Positions 1 through 13,395 of a DNA stretch of 64,000 bases are shown here, piece by piece (within the stretch, counting starts at the first letter, position 1; each line of letters starts with the position of its first letter). The notes beneath the pieces were generated by a model. The model had not been told where the DNA came from. It worked only from the letters and a program-made list of their open reading frames with translations, and searched no databases. Position numbers and translations under genes: made by a program. Source of the stretch: the human T2T-CHM13v2.0 reference genome, Homo sapiens; NCBI RefSeq assembly GCF_009914755.1, contig NC_060927.1; one strand, given 5' to 3'.

Positions 1-333
1 GCCATACATATGTCCCTTTGTAGGGACATGGATGAAGCTGGAAACCATCATTCTCAGCAAACTATCACAAGGACAAAAAACCAAACACCACATGTTCTCA
101 ATCATAGGTGGGAATTGAACAGTGAGAACACATGGACACAAGAAGGGGAACATCACACTCCAGGGCCTGTTGTGGGGTGGGTGGAGGGTGGAGGGATAGT
201 ATTAGGAGATATACCTAATGTTAAATGACGAGTTAATGGGTGCAGCACACCAACATGGCACATGTATACATATGTAACAAACCTGCACGTGGTGCAAATG
301 TACCCTAAAACTTAAAGTATAATAAAAATAAAA
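1..333 (+). mobile_element. L1PA (about L1PA4-6) LINE-1 3' end
   Basis: ORF2 tail and 3' UTR consensus (GGATGAAGCTGGAAACCATCATTCTCAGCAAACT...GTACCCTAAAACTTAAAGTATAATAAAAATAAAA). Runs off the window start or is 5'-truncated there. Confidence 0.95.
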
Positions 334-683
334 GAGGTCAAGGGAAGGCCTGTGTAACAAATAATAATGAAAAGGGACCTAAATGACCAGAAAATAGTTT
401 CCATGAAGAGATCAGAAGAAGGATATTCAAGCCACATAAAATTGCAAATACAAAGGCAGAAATAAGCTTGACGTTTAGAAAGAACAAGACATTTTAAAAA
501 CCTGTAGATTGAACACAGAGTCATGGGAGAGAATGATGAGAGAGAAGGTTAAAGAGAACTGACATATGGGTTTGTTGGCCAGAGCAAAGAATTTAAATTT
601 TGTTTTGTGTAGAATGGAAGCCATTGGATTGGCTATGTAGAGGAGTAATGTATGATTGACATTTGAAAACTAGTCCTCTAGTT
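334..683 (-). mobile_element. L2 LINE fragment, interrupted by the 684-1511 insertion
   Basis: Degenerate purine-rich match to the reverse L2 consensus (GAATTTAAATTTTG...AATGGAAGCCATTGGA...GAGGAGTAATG). Confidence 0.6.
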
Positions 684-759
684 TTAATTACATTATATTA
701 TATATAATATAATATATAATTATATTAATTATATTAAAGTATAATAATAAAATTTTAAA
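684..759. repeat. AT-rich low-complexity tract
   Basis: TATATAATATAATATATAATTATATTAATT..., almost entirely A/T. Confidence 0.85.
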
Positions 760-822
760 AAAACCCGCAATATCACCATCATATCTAAGAAATAAGGATT
801 TTTTTTTTTTTAGGAAAGTGAC

Positions 823-1400
<578 letters not shown>

Positions 1401-1500
1401 AGCATCATCAAATATCCTGCCAGCATTTAAGTTCCAGCTTACCTTATAAAGGTGTCTGTTAGAATTGGGATTTAAATAAAGTTTGTATATTGCACAATTG
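1401..1500 (-). mobile_element. L1MC4-like 3' UTR fragment (partner piece at about 760-798)
   Basis: CATCATCAAATATCCTGCCAGCATTTAAGTTCC and GAATTGGGATTTAAATAAAG resemble the reverse L1MC4 3' end; CCGCAATATCACCATCATATCTAAGAAA on the other side of the L1PB fits the adjacent consensus. Confidence 0.55.
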
Positions 1501-1799
1501 AAAAAAAAAAAGAAAACTAGTCCTCTAGTTGATCAATTGCATTAAAATGTCCTCGAGGTGGGGGATGGGACATCAGAATGCTTTTAATGATTGACTCAAG
1601 TCAGTCTTGTGATCAGACACTTTGAAAATTTTTGTCTTAAATGAAGAGTGCCAACATTAGCCACCAGAAAAGTGGTACCTTAGTAGGTGCAAATATATCT
1701 TAACCCTAAAACTCAGATAAATTTGTTCACTCTGATTCTGTCCCAGGAGCATTTATACAAATCAGAATTTTCCATTTAAATTAAGTTGCTCCATGATTT

Positions 1800-2026
1800 C
1801 CTGGAGCTTATATTCTAGAGAAGCAAGTGAGATAATAAATTATTAAACAAAAGGGACATCAGTTCCTATCATAAAGTTAAAATGACATTAAACAGCAAAT
1901 AAAAAACACCATGACAAGTCAAGAAAGAAACTGCAGAAGAAAGAAAAACTTTTTTCTTCCTTTGTGAACAAAGGACTTAGCATGTTCCTTTTGCAATGGG
2001 CCCAGAAAATTTTGTATCTTACCCTG
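1800..2026 (+). mobile_element. MER45B-like hAT-Tip100 DNA transposon fragment
   Basis: ACAGCAAATAAAAAACACCATGACAAGTC...TTTGCAATGGGCCCAGAAAATTTTGTATCTTACCCTG matches the MER45 terminus. Confidence 0.7.
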
Positions 2027-2032
2027 TTTATA

Positions 2033-2150
2033 GATTTTCTTCATCTGTAAGATCAGGATTGAACTTATAGTTTAAAGATTACATAAAAATAAAACCCATA
2101 TAGTACTTTGCAGAATGCCTCACAAATGTAGGTGTTCAATAAAAGTTTCT
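2033..2150 (+). mobile_element. MIR SINE fragment
   Basis: TTTTCTTCATCTGTAAGAT core and AATGCCTCACAAATGTAGGTGTTCAATAAA tail. Confidence 0.6.
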
Positions 2151-4323
2151 CCCCCTCCCCCCTTCTACTGTTCACCCTTAACTAAGAACATGTTCACTAA
2201 GACACTTAAACTCCAGGATATCATTGGCTTCTTCACCTATAAAATAAGTAGGTTTGGAGAGACACTGTCTGAGGTCTGTTATGTGCAGGCAGCATCGTGC
2301 TTTTTCTCAGCAATGTAAAGGGGGGCTGATGCCAACACATCACAATCATGTGTCATAGCATGATTCAGGAGCACCTGTCAGCTCAGAGAATAGCTTCTAT
2401 GAATTATTCAACTTCACTGTACCTTGTAAAGAGAAGTATCTGTTAAAAGGATCTCTAACCTGTTGCATTTGTTTCTAAGGACTTTGATGTTTTAATTATT
2501 AATAAAATATTAATATATGTATGTTAGTATTTTAAAATATTATCTTATTACAAGGTAGTTGTGCCTACATTTTATTTTTAAATCTGGTGATTAAAATCTT
2601 TGCTATTATACTTTAGACTTTACATAAAAAATATAGCATACACACATTATACTGTGCGTGAAAATCAATCTAAAACTAAATAATTTTTAGGCCTGCTTTT
2701 AAAAATACCATGTCAGACTTTATAAAGTATGCAATAGATTATTTCTGTTTTTTGCAAGATTAAATTTAAAATTATAAGTAACCTTTAAGATAGACTAATA
2801 TGTGCTTAAAGGGAAGAAAAATGATTTTCCTCATGCTTCCTTTTCACTCTTCCATCCCCTCTAAAATGAGAAACTTCTCATCTAAATCTAATAGCAAATA
2901 TCACAAAAATATGTAGAAAACAATCTGAAACAAAATGAGAAAACATCAGTATCATGGGACAAGAAGTTGAAAAGATAGAAAAACATCTCATTAAATGGCA
3001 GGGGATTAAATAGAAAATTAGAGCACAGGTTTTCAGAAAGACCAATTCACTTTATATATTAGGGCTTAAGAATTTGGACCTTTGCCTAAGTATAGTACAA
3101 GAAGCAGTTTATCAATTACTTCTTAGTTACTTTAGTAGTGTACAGACATATTTACACATTGAGTAATGTACATGTTTATTAGTGTACAACACACATATTA
3201 CTTTAGCTGAATGTAGATAAACTAAAATCATATAAATGTGGTAAGGAGGGTAATTCATGTAAATATTATTCATTATAAGTATATAACAGTTTAATTTTTC
3301 ACATTAGTTACCTGAAGTAACACATTAAAGAAGAGGGTTGTACTTGATAAAGAAGAGGGTTTTACTCAAAAACATCAGTAGTAAATGCATGATACTAAAG
3401 GCTGGGTTTTTCCTAAGATCATTTTAAGGGAGATCCTGGTAATTAATTCTTATCTGTATCTCAGGATAAATGCTTATCATAATTGATAAATGTTTATCAA
3501 TAATTTTTCTATACATATATAATGTTTAGCAGGATATAAACTTATTTTAATAGGGGGATTTTAAAGTTACAATTATGTCCACATAAACTGATGAGGCCAA
3601 CTATGAGACAGCCGTCTTGGCAAAAAATGAGTCTTCAATGGAAGCATCATGTACACATATCAAATTCACAACAAGACAATGATATAGCTACAAAATGACA
3701 AGGAAATTCATCATTAAGGGTTGAACAGGTCTTTTTGTGAGAGGCTTATTTATAGATTCCAAGAAAGAAAGTGTCTTTTACTGGTTAACCTATCTGGTAG
3801 CTTTTTGTGAACTGATGAATAAATATATTCATGCCTGTAAATGAAAGTGACCCCTATGGAGGAAAGCTGGGATAGTGCATGAATAGATTTACGAATAATT
3901 GGAGTGGATTTAAATGTGTTGCATTTAAAAGGATTGGTTCCTTCTTATTTGATCTTTTGTATAATTACAATATGATGAAGATCGTGCTAATTATTATAAT
4001 ATTGTCCTCATTCAATGCCATTTATCTGAAGAGATCAAAGACATTTAGAAATCTCAGCTAAATAATCCATTGTGGTAAGCATCACAGGAAATATGTTTGT
4101 CTAAGGAACAGCAAAGCAAAATAAAATGTGCTCATGTGAAAAGCAAAGCAACTTTATTTGGCTTAAAATTTGCTTTTAAGTTTTCTTCCACAGAGCTGAG
4201 AAGCTGCCTAACAAGTCTGATTAGGTCAATAATGCATTTAACTGTGGAGCTCTAAGGCTAAGTATTAAATGTTCTCAGACCCTTTCCTCTTTTTAGAACC
4301 TCATGTAAAAATACGACAGGTTA

Positions 4324-4582
4324 GGTCAGGCACAGTGGCTCATGCCTGTAATCCCAGCACTTTGGGAGGCCGAGGCGGGCTGATCATCTGAGGTCGGGAG
4401 TTTGAGACCAGCCTGGCCAACATGGTGAAACCTCATCTCTACTAAAAATTGTTTTTAAAAAAATTAGCCGGACCTGGTGGCGGGCGCCTGTAGTCCCAGC
4501 TACTCGGGAGGCTGAGGCAGAGAATCGCTTGAACTCAGGAGGCAGAGATTTCAGTGAGCAGAGATCGCACCACTGCACTCCA
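4324..4582 (+). mobile_element. AluS SINE, 3'-truncated with no A tail
   Basis: GGTCAGGCACAGTGGCTCATGCCTGTAATCCCAGC...CACCACTGCACTCCA, then unrelated sequence. Confidence 0.96.
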
Positions 4583-6987
4583 TATTCATACTAAGCCACT
4601 ACCTGTGAGAATTGCTAAGAAAGTTTGAGGAGATTATAAACAAGGAAACTATTTAGGGTAAAAAATATCAGAATTTAGGAGTCTGTTAAGAATGCTATGT
4701 AATTTCAGTCTGAATATAGTTGATCCGAAGAGAAATAGAGAATATAAAGTATGTGACATTGATTTGCTATGTGTGAAAGCTATTGGCCATTCTTCATTTC
4801 TTTCACATCTAAAAGGAAAAATCCGACACATTTTTACCCATCTCGAAGTACAATTTATTTTCAACCAGAAAAAGATTCCAAAGCCATTTTAATAGATATT
4901 TTCATTAATAAAAAATGAAATAATTTCCTAGGTAAATAACATTTAATAATTGCATAAATTATGGCATTCATTGTGTCGTCCATAGTATCTCACTTATATG
5001 AGTCACATAATAAGTGTTTATGGAATTAAAATTATGTGGCATTGTCATATTTAATATTACAGAGGTATTTGATATAAACCTATGCAATTCATGGCCTATT
5101 TGGTCCTAAAGCAGGAATGATATTAAAGTCCGCACTTTTACTAGAAAGGCAATATTTACTTTTTTATCCAGTTCCAAGATTCTACTGCATATTCTGTCTC
5201 AAAAAGAGCCTAGATTTCTTCAGAATTATATATATATATATATATTCAACTATGAGTATGAGGAATACTAATGTCATTTTTTAAAGTTTGAAATCATATT
5301 CCATTTTTATGTGAATACTAAAAGACGATTAGGAGCTCTCCTCTAGGGTTCTCTCAAAGAAACCAGGTGCCTGGATTCTCAGAAATTGATCCTTAAGGGG
5401 AGAGCTGGCTCTAGAATGAGAACAAGGTTAGAGAATTGTATGAATTTTATGCCTTCCTCTTCTGATTAGGTGCCAAGACAGCCACATAAAACACTGCTAA
5501 ATAGGCAGCATTAGGAAATGCTACAATGAAAAGAATGAGCTCAAAAGACAAAGAGTAAGGAGATTTCCATTAAAACGTCAAGTAATGCAAATATTAGCAA
5601 TGTCTATAGAATTAAGTTTTACATATTGTTCAAATCACTTAAAAGTATCCAAAGCACATGGTAATCATTCACTTTATTCTCTATATAAGGACTATTCCAA
5701 ATGCTCACAATATTATCTCTATTTAGTAAAGATAATCATTTTTACATTCAGAATTTTAAAAAATATAATCAGTATATACCTCACACAATAATATTTGCTG
5801 TGGTTAGTGGCTGTGAGGTGAGGTACAGGATGGAGGAACATACAAATATTTAAGAAGTTCCTATCATAAAGAACTTTACAGAACTATTCAAAAGCTAACA
5901 TAATAAGCAATAACTATTGGATATTAATAATTAAAAAATAATTATGTAAAAGCTAATATAATTAATAAGCCATGTATTTCTATTTTTGTCTTTGATTATT
6001 ATCTAGAGCATAATTTCTACATTTATGATAAAATATAAAATTTTTGAGTTACAATTGAAGTAGTGCAAATTCCTATTCTAATGAAAATTTTGACACGAAA
6101 GTATGATATATTTATGAATAATACTCATATATACACATATATTTGAAAAGATAAAGAGTCACAGTATTTCCTTCGAACGACAAAGAGGGTTATATTATTG
6201 AAGGAGGCATCATGAAGTTTGTTCAAGGGAGAAAAACATTGTGAACACTTTTTATTATTTGAAGTTTGAACTTTAAGAAAATGACATAAAATTCTGATTA
6301 ATATGAAAGGGCTAATTGCTATCCAGTGGAAGTGTGCATTAATTCCCTCACATCTGTTCATACTTATTTCACAAATATGAGAAGTGGCACTGAGTACCAC
6401 TTGTGCCATATTCAGTGTCAGCTATTGGGGACACTAAAATTGTTTATAAAATATATTAATTAAAATATTATTAAAAATGAATCTTACATTCAAGCAAGAA
6501 TGGCAATTCTTTTTAAAAATACAATAAAATTTGGTGAGGTTGTGATAGAGAAAGTAAAAAGTAGGTACTATGGGAGCACAGGAAGTTGCATTACCAGAAA
6601 TGGGGATGTTTAAGCTAAGAATAGAAGACAGTCAGCAAAAATGTGATTAGAAAAACAAAAGGTTTCACTGCTGACAGTTTGTGCAACAGAAGTTATGCAG
6701 AAAGACAGAGACAAACATATCAGAGGGAGAATAGTCTTGCTTGAAGTCTACAGGTAGTTGCCTCACTTGTATGTGTCTCCATGATATCTACACTTACCTC
6801 CATGATAGTGCCCGTAGCAGTAACTTGCATTTCATAAGATACATGTCTTTTCACCTTAGATCCATACATTATTTTCTTTTTCAACTAGCTATTCTCAAGT
6901 GCTTAACAAAATTAAAACTCAATAAATAATTTTACCCTCACCTAAGGCAGCACAGCTACTCATTCCTCCCTGTTTATGAAACATGTG

Positions 6988-7031
6988 GATGATAGATGAT
7001 AGACAGATAGATGATAGATAGATAGATAGAT

Positions 7032-7072
<41 letters not shown>

Positions 7073-7080
7073 ACAGATAG
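6988..7080 (+). repeat. (GATA)n compound tetranucleotide microsatellite
   Basis: About 22 GATA units with GAT/GACA interruptions. Confidence 0.98.
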
Positions 7081-7333
7081 GCTCAATTCTGTCCCTTCAA
7101 AATTCATATGTTAAAGTCCTTGCCCCCAATACCTCAGAATGTGACTGTTTTTGAAGATAGGGTCTTAAAATCAGTGATAAAATTAGAATGAGGTCATTAG
7201 AATTGGTTTTAATACAACATCACTGGGGCCTTATAGAAAGAGTAGATTAGGAGATAGACATCAAGGCAAGATCATATGAGGACTCGGGATAAGATGGCAA
7301 TCTATAAGCCAAAGAGTGATACCGCAGGAGAAA
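7081..7333 (+). mobile_element. MLT1B-like MaLR LTR, 3'-truncated
   Basis: CAAAATTCATATGTTAAAGTCCTTGCCCCCAATACCTCAGAATGTGACTG...AAGATGGCAATCTATAAGCCAAAGAG. Confidence 0.88.
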
Positions 7334-7366
7334 ATAAATACAAATATCCTATTGTCTAAACCACCG

Positions 7367-7381
7367 TGTGTGTGCGTGTGT

Positions 7382-7414
<33 letters not shown>
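7367..7414 (+). repeat. (TG)n microsatellite
   Basis: Imperfect TG run of about 24 units. Confidence 0.97.
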
Positions 7415-7421
<7 letters not shown>

Positions 7422-7749
7422 CCCAAAATAGATCATCTTTTTGGATGGCTTAACTAGCATTAAACCGTTAATTTTGGCCAATAGATGGTTGACTTTGATT
7501 TGGGAAATGTGACAATGATACAGTTCACCAAGTTTGACAAATTCGTGCAGAAAGACATGTGTTGTTACTTTCTTAACAAGAAGCCTATGGATGTTTTCAA
7601 GAAACCATGTCATTTCAACTTATTAATCATAATTTACAGTGTTTGATATGGATTGTTACTAATCAGGATTATGCTTTGGGAATGGAAAGTGATCTCAAGA
7701 TCATTTTAACTGAGAAATAAGAATTTGAGTTAAGATATCACTCACTGAG

Positions 7750-8070
7750 AAGAAAAGGAAGGGTGAAGTTAAGAGACAATTTAGTTCTATTTTGATATTA
7801 ACTGTGATATGTAGGACAAGAGAAAAGAATAAAATAAAGATGGCATTCAGATTTCAGGTTTAGAGGATAGTTACCATCAACTAAAGTATAAAACACCCTC
7901 TCACAACAAAAAGAGCAGAGTTGAGAGAGAAAAAGATAGAGTCAATTTTAGATATTCTAAATTTGAAGTGTTCGTGTATTATTAAGTAGAGATGTATTAG
8001 TGGTTTAGTGAATAAAGATGATCAGATGGTTGTTAGTGAAATTCAGAGAGGCTAATGTTGGAGACAAACA
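7750..8070 (-). mobile_element. L2 LINE fragment
   Basis: AAAGATGGCATTCAGATTTCAGGTTT and GAGTCAATTTTAGATATTCTAAATTTGAAGTG resemble the reverse L2 consensus. Confidence 0.55.
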
Positions 8071-8268
8071 AAATCAACAGAGTCGACAATGTGTGATAAG
8101 AAAGAAGGATTTGCATGTTTTTATCTTAAAATTCATGATGTTTAGTAACAAACACTAGCTTAAGAGATACATGTTATGGGTTACAACTGGAAGAAACCAA
8201 ATTTATAAAAAAAATGCTTCTCTAGAAAAGTAGCAAAATCATCAGTCTTGTTTAACGTAATCAAAATG

Positions 8269-10941
8269 TTCTTTTTTATTATATTTTAAGTTCTGGGATA
8301 CATGTTCAGAACATGCAGGTTTGTTACATAAGTATACACATGCCATGGTGGTTTGCTGCACCCATCAACACGTTATCTACATTTTAAGCGCCACATGCAT
8401 TAGTTATTTGTCCTAATGCTATCCCTCTCCTTGCCCCCCACACCTCCCAACCCCCGACAGGCCCTAGTGTGTTATGTTCCCTTCCCTCTGTCCATGTGTT
8501 CTCATTGTTCAACTCTCACTTATGAGTGAGAACATGTGGTGTTTGCTGTTCTGTTCCTGTGTTATTTTGTTGAAAATAATGGTTTCCAGCTTCATCCATG
8601 TCCCTGCAAAAAACATGAACTCATTCTTTTTTATGGCTGCATAGTATTCCATGGTGTATATGTGTCAAATTTTCTTTACGCAGTCTATCATTGATGGGCA
8701 TTTGGGTTGCTTCGAAGTCTTTGCTATTGTGGATAGTGCTGCAGTAAACATACGTGTGCATGTGTCTTTACAGTAGAATGATTATAATCCTCTGGGTATA
8801 TACTCAGTAATGGGATTACTGGGTCAAATTGTATTTCCGATTCTAGATCCTTGAGGAGTTCCACACTGTCTTCCACAATGGTTGAAACACTCCCACCAAC
8901 AGTGTAAAAGTGTTCCTATTTCTCCACATCCTCTCCAGCATCTGTTGTTTCCCGACATTTTAATGATTGCCATTCTAACTGGCATGAGATGGTATCTCAT
9001 TGTGGTTTTGATTTGCATTTCTCTAATGACCAGTGATGATGAGCTTTTTTTGTTTGTTTGTTTGTTGGCCGCATAAATGTCTTATTTTGAGAAGGGTCTG
9101 TTCATATCCTTCGCCCACATTCTGATGGGGTTGTTTTTTTCTTGTAAATTTAAGTTCCTTGTAGATTCTGGATATTAGCCCTTTGTCAAACTGATAGATA
9201 GCAAAAATTTTCCCCTATTCCGCAGGTTGCCTGTTCACTCTGATGATAGTTTCTATGGCTGTGCAGAAGCTCTTTAGTTTAATTAGGTCCCATTTGTCAA
9301 TTTTGGCTTTTGTTGCAATTGTTTTTGGTGTTTTAGTCATGAAGTCTTTTCCCATGCCTATGTCTTGAATGGTATTGCCTAGGTTTTCTGGGTTTTAGGT
9401 CTTATCTTTAAGTCTTTAATCCATCTTGAGTTAATTTTGGGGTATGGTGTAAGGAAGGGGTCCAGTTTCTGTTTTCTGCATATGGCTAGCCTGTTTTCCC
9501 AGCACCATTTATTAAATAGGGAATCCTTTCCCCGTTTCTTGTTTTTGTCAGGTTTGTCAAAGATCAGATGGTTTTAGATGTGTGGTGTTATTTCTGAAGC
9601 CTGTTTTCTGTTCCATTGGTCTATATGTGTGTTTTGGTACCGGTACCATGATGTTTTGGTTACTGTAGACTTGTAGTATAGTTTGAAGTAAGGTGGCATG
9701 ATGTCTCCAGCTTTGTTCCATTTGCTTAGGATTCTCTTGGCTATACAGGCTCTTTTTTGATTCCATACAAAATTTAAAGTAGATTTCTCTAATTCTGTGA
9801 AGAAAGTCAATGGTAGCTTGATGAGAATAGTACTGAATCTATAGATTACTTTGAGCAGTATGGACATATTCACAATATTGATTCTTCCTAACCATAAGCA
9901 TGGAATGTTTTTCCATTTGTTTGTATCCTCTCTTATTTCCTTGAGCAATGGTTTATAGCTCTCCTTGAAGAGATCCTTTACATCCCTTGTAAGTTATATC
10001 CCTAGGTATTTTATTCTCTTAGTAGCAATTGTGAATGGGAGGTCACTCATGATTTGGCTCTTATCTATTATTGGTGTATAGGAATGCTGTGATTTTTGCA
10101 CATTGATTTTGTATCCTGGGACTTAGCTGAAGTTGCTTATTAGCTTAAGGAGTTTTGGGGCTGAGATGAAGGGGTTTTCTAAATATACAATCATGCCATC
10201 TGCAAACAGAGGCAATTTGACTTCCTCTTTTCCTAATTGAATATCCTTTATTTCTTTCTCTTGCCTGATTTCCCTGTCCAGAACTTCCAATACTATGTTG
10301 AGTAGAAGTGGTGAGAGAGGGAATCCTTGTCTTGTGCCAGTTTTCAAAGGGAATGCTTCCAGCTTTTGCCCATTCAGTATGATATTGGTTGTGGGTTTGT
10401 CATGAATAGCTCTTATTTTTTTGAGATACGTTCCATCGATACCTAATTTATTGAGTGTTTTTAGCATGAAGTGGTATTGACTTCTATCGAAGGCCTTTTC
10501 TGTATCTGTTGAGATAATCATGTGGTTTTTGTCATCGGTTCTGTTTATGTGATGGATTAAGTTTATTGATTTGCATATGTTGAACCAGCCTTGCATCCCA
10601 GGGAGGAAGCCAACTTGATAGGGTTGGATAAGCTTTTGTTGTGCTGCTGGATTCGATTTGCCAGTATTTTATTGAGGATTTTCACATCGATGTTCATCAG
10701 GGATACTGGCCTGAATTTTTTTTTTTTCCCAGTGTTTCTGCCAGGTTTTGGTATCAAGATGACACTGGCCTCATACAGTGAGTTAGGGAGGAGTTTGTCT
10801 TTTTCCATTGTTTGGAATAGTTTCAGAAGGAATGGTACCAGCACCTCTTTGTACCTCTTGTAGTATTCGGCTGTGAATCTGTCTGGTCCTGAGCTTTTTT
10901 AGGTTGGTAGGCTATTAATTACTGCCTCAATTTCAGAACCT
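8269..10941 (-). mobile_element. L1PA8-like LINE-1, 5'-truncated, about 2.7 kb, ORF2 disrupted
   Basis: Reverse 3' UTR with TTTAAGCGCCACATGCATTAG; ORF2 RT and C-terminal remnants in the ORF track ([19 protein letters not shown]..., [21 protein letters not shown]...). Confidence 0.95.
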
Positions 10942-10944
10942 ATC

Positions 10945-11639
10945 TTATTACATGATTTATATTTAAGCCCTTGAACCATCTTGAGGTGATTTTTGTATAA
11001 GGTGAGAGATGAGGATCCAGTTTAATTCTCCTACATGTGGCTTCCCTATTATCCCAGTACCATTTGTTGTATTGTGTGCCCTTTTCCCACTTCATATTTT
11101 TGTTTGCTTTGTCGAAGATCAGTTGGCTGTAAGTATTTGGGTTTATTTCTGGCTTTTCTATTCTGTTCCATTGGTCTATGTGCCTGTTTTTATATGAATA
11201 TCATGCTGTTTTTGTGACTATGGCCTAATAATATAGTTTGAAGTCAGGTAATGTGATGCCTCCCGATTTTTTTGTTTTTGCTTTTGCTTAGTCTTGCTTT
11301 GGCTAATTCCACATGAATAAATTCCATATTAATTTTAGGATTTTTTTCTAGTTCTATGAAGAATGATGGTGGTGTTTTGATGAGAATTGCATTGAATTTG
11401 TAGATTGCTTTTGGCAGTATGGTCACTTTCACAATATTGATTCTACGCATTCATGAGTATGGGATGTGTGTCCATTTGTTCATGTCATCTATGATTTCTT
11501 TCATCAGTGTTTTGGAGCTTTCCTTGTAGAGGCCTTTCACCTCCTTTGTTAGGTATATTCCTAAGTGTTTTATTTTCTTTTTGCATCTCTTGTAAAGGGG
11601 TTGAGTTCTTGATTTGATTCTCAGCTTGGTCACTGTTGG
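10945..11639 (-). mobile_element. L1PB-type ORF2 fragment (inverted 5' part of the element ending at 12190)
   Basis: GGTGAGAGATGAGGATCCAGTTT; ORF2 remnants [23 protein letters not shown] and HLGIYLTKEVK. Confidence 0.9.
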
Positions 11640-12190
11640 ATCCAGCAATCTCACTACTGGGAATCTACCCAGAAGAAAACAAGTCATGATATGAAAAAGA
11701 TACTTGTACATGCATATTTATATCAGCACAATTCACAACTGCATAAATATGGAACCAGACCAAATACCCAACAATCGACAAGTGAATTAAAAAATTATGG
11801 TATGTGTATATGTACACACACACACACAGAATGAAATACTACTTGGCCATAAACAGGAACAAATTAATGGCTTTGCAGCAACCTGGATGGAACTGTAGAC
11901 TATTATTCTACATGAAGTAACTCAGGAATGGAAAACCAAACATCGTATGTTCTCAATCATAAATGGGAGATAAGCTATGAGGACACAAATGCATATGAAT
12001 GATATAATGGACTTTAGGAATTTGAGGGAAAGGATGGAAATAAGGTGACAGATAAAAGACTAAAAATTGGGTTCACTGTATACTGCTCGAGTGATGGATG
12101 CACCAAAATCTCACAAATCACCACTAAAGAACCTACTCAAGCAACCAGATACCACCTGTTCCCCAAAAACATATGAAAATAAAAAAATAA
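11640..12190 (+). mobile_element. L1PB-type 3' end
   Basis: ATCCAGCAATCTCACTACTGGG...CAAAATCTCACAAATCACCACTAAAGAAC...CCCCAAAAACATATGAAAATAAAAAAATAA. Confidence 0.92.
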
Positions 12191-12417
12191 GAGTTAACTT
12201 AGTTTAAGAATTTGAAACTTTGAGGCAAACAAAAGTTGTTGGTTTGCTACTATTCATTACTGTATTTTAAGAAAGTAAGATATATCTCAAAGTAATACAA
12301 ATTAACTCAAAATTCATAATTAAACTACAAGAATCTGGGATATAGGCTAATTACTTAGATACATATACTATAGAAAGAGATAAAGCAAAGTAGAGCTGGT
12401 AGGATTGATGCATAAAA

Positions 12418-12826
12418 GATATGAGGTATTTAAAATAGCCAAACTCATAAAAGCAGACAATAAAATGCTGTTTGTTAGAGGCTGTGAAAAGGAGAAAATG
12501 GCAACATGTTGCTCAGTTATGCAAGGTTAATACATTCCAGAGAGTTGCTGTACAACATAGATCCTATAGTTAACAATATTGCATTGTGCACTTTATACTT
12601 AATAGACTAGATCTCATGTTAAGTGTTATTACTACAAAACAAAGTCAAACAAACAAAAACCACTCCAAAAGAACACTACAAATATTTTGGGGGTGATAAA
12701 TATGCTTTAGTACTTTTAGAGGATGGTATTATAGGTGTATACAAGTGTCAAATCTCATCAAAATGTATACATTAAATACGTGCAATTTTTGCATATCAAT
12801 TACGCCTCTATAAAATTAGAAAAAGA
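12418..12826 (+). mobile_element. L1MB-type 3' end
   Basis: AAATAGCCAAACTCATAAAAGCAGAC, TAGATCTCATGTTAAGTG, CATCAAAATGTATACATTAAATACGTGCAATTT. Confidence 0.8.
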
Positions 12827-13227
12827 ATGTATCAACACTTTGAAAACTTAAAAAATATGAAAAATGCTGGTTTTCTATTTTCGTTCTAGACAGAACTGAA
12901 GAATTCAAAACACTAAAAATTTAGAAAATATACTGATAATAGAATATTTTTAGAACAGAGATTGCAAATATAAGATAAATAGTTAAATTTTGGAAATCTT
13001 TATTTTTAAGTAGTAGATACTCATAAAATTTGCTCATTAGCAACTTCCAGCATGCTTATGAATTCCTATAGGAGCAACAAGAATAACTGAGAGGGAATTA
13101 ATTGGACCCCAATATTTTTCTTTTTCTCTACAAAGCAACTTCAAATGCAAGAAATAAAATTGTTAGAAGGATGTAGGAGAAAACAAAAATGAGAATAAAT
13201 AAATACTACCCCTCTAGATGTCTTAGA

Positions 13228-13395
13228 TCTGTTTTTCTCCAATTTTGGAATATATAATAATCACCTGAAATACCTGTAAAAATCCAGACTGCTGGATCTG
13301 ACCTTAGACTGGAACATAAAAATAGCTTGGGCAGGACCCTAAAGTCTGCATTTTTAACAAGAAGTTCTCTGGAGACTTTTAAAATTTGGACCATG
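13228..13395. mobile_element. MER5-like hAT-Charlie fragment
   Basis: AATCACCTGAAATACCTGTAAAAATCCAGACTGCTGG...AAGTCTGCATTTTTAACAAG. Confidence 0.65.

Noticed and set aside
8824-11711. ORFs with reverse-transcriptase similarity as a novel RT system
   Set aside because: They are broken LINE-1 ORF2 remnants in 5'-truncated elements.
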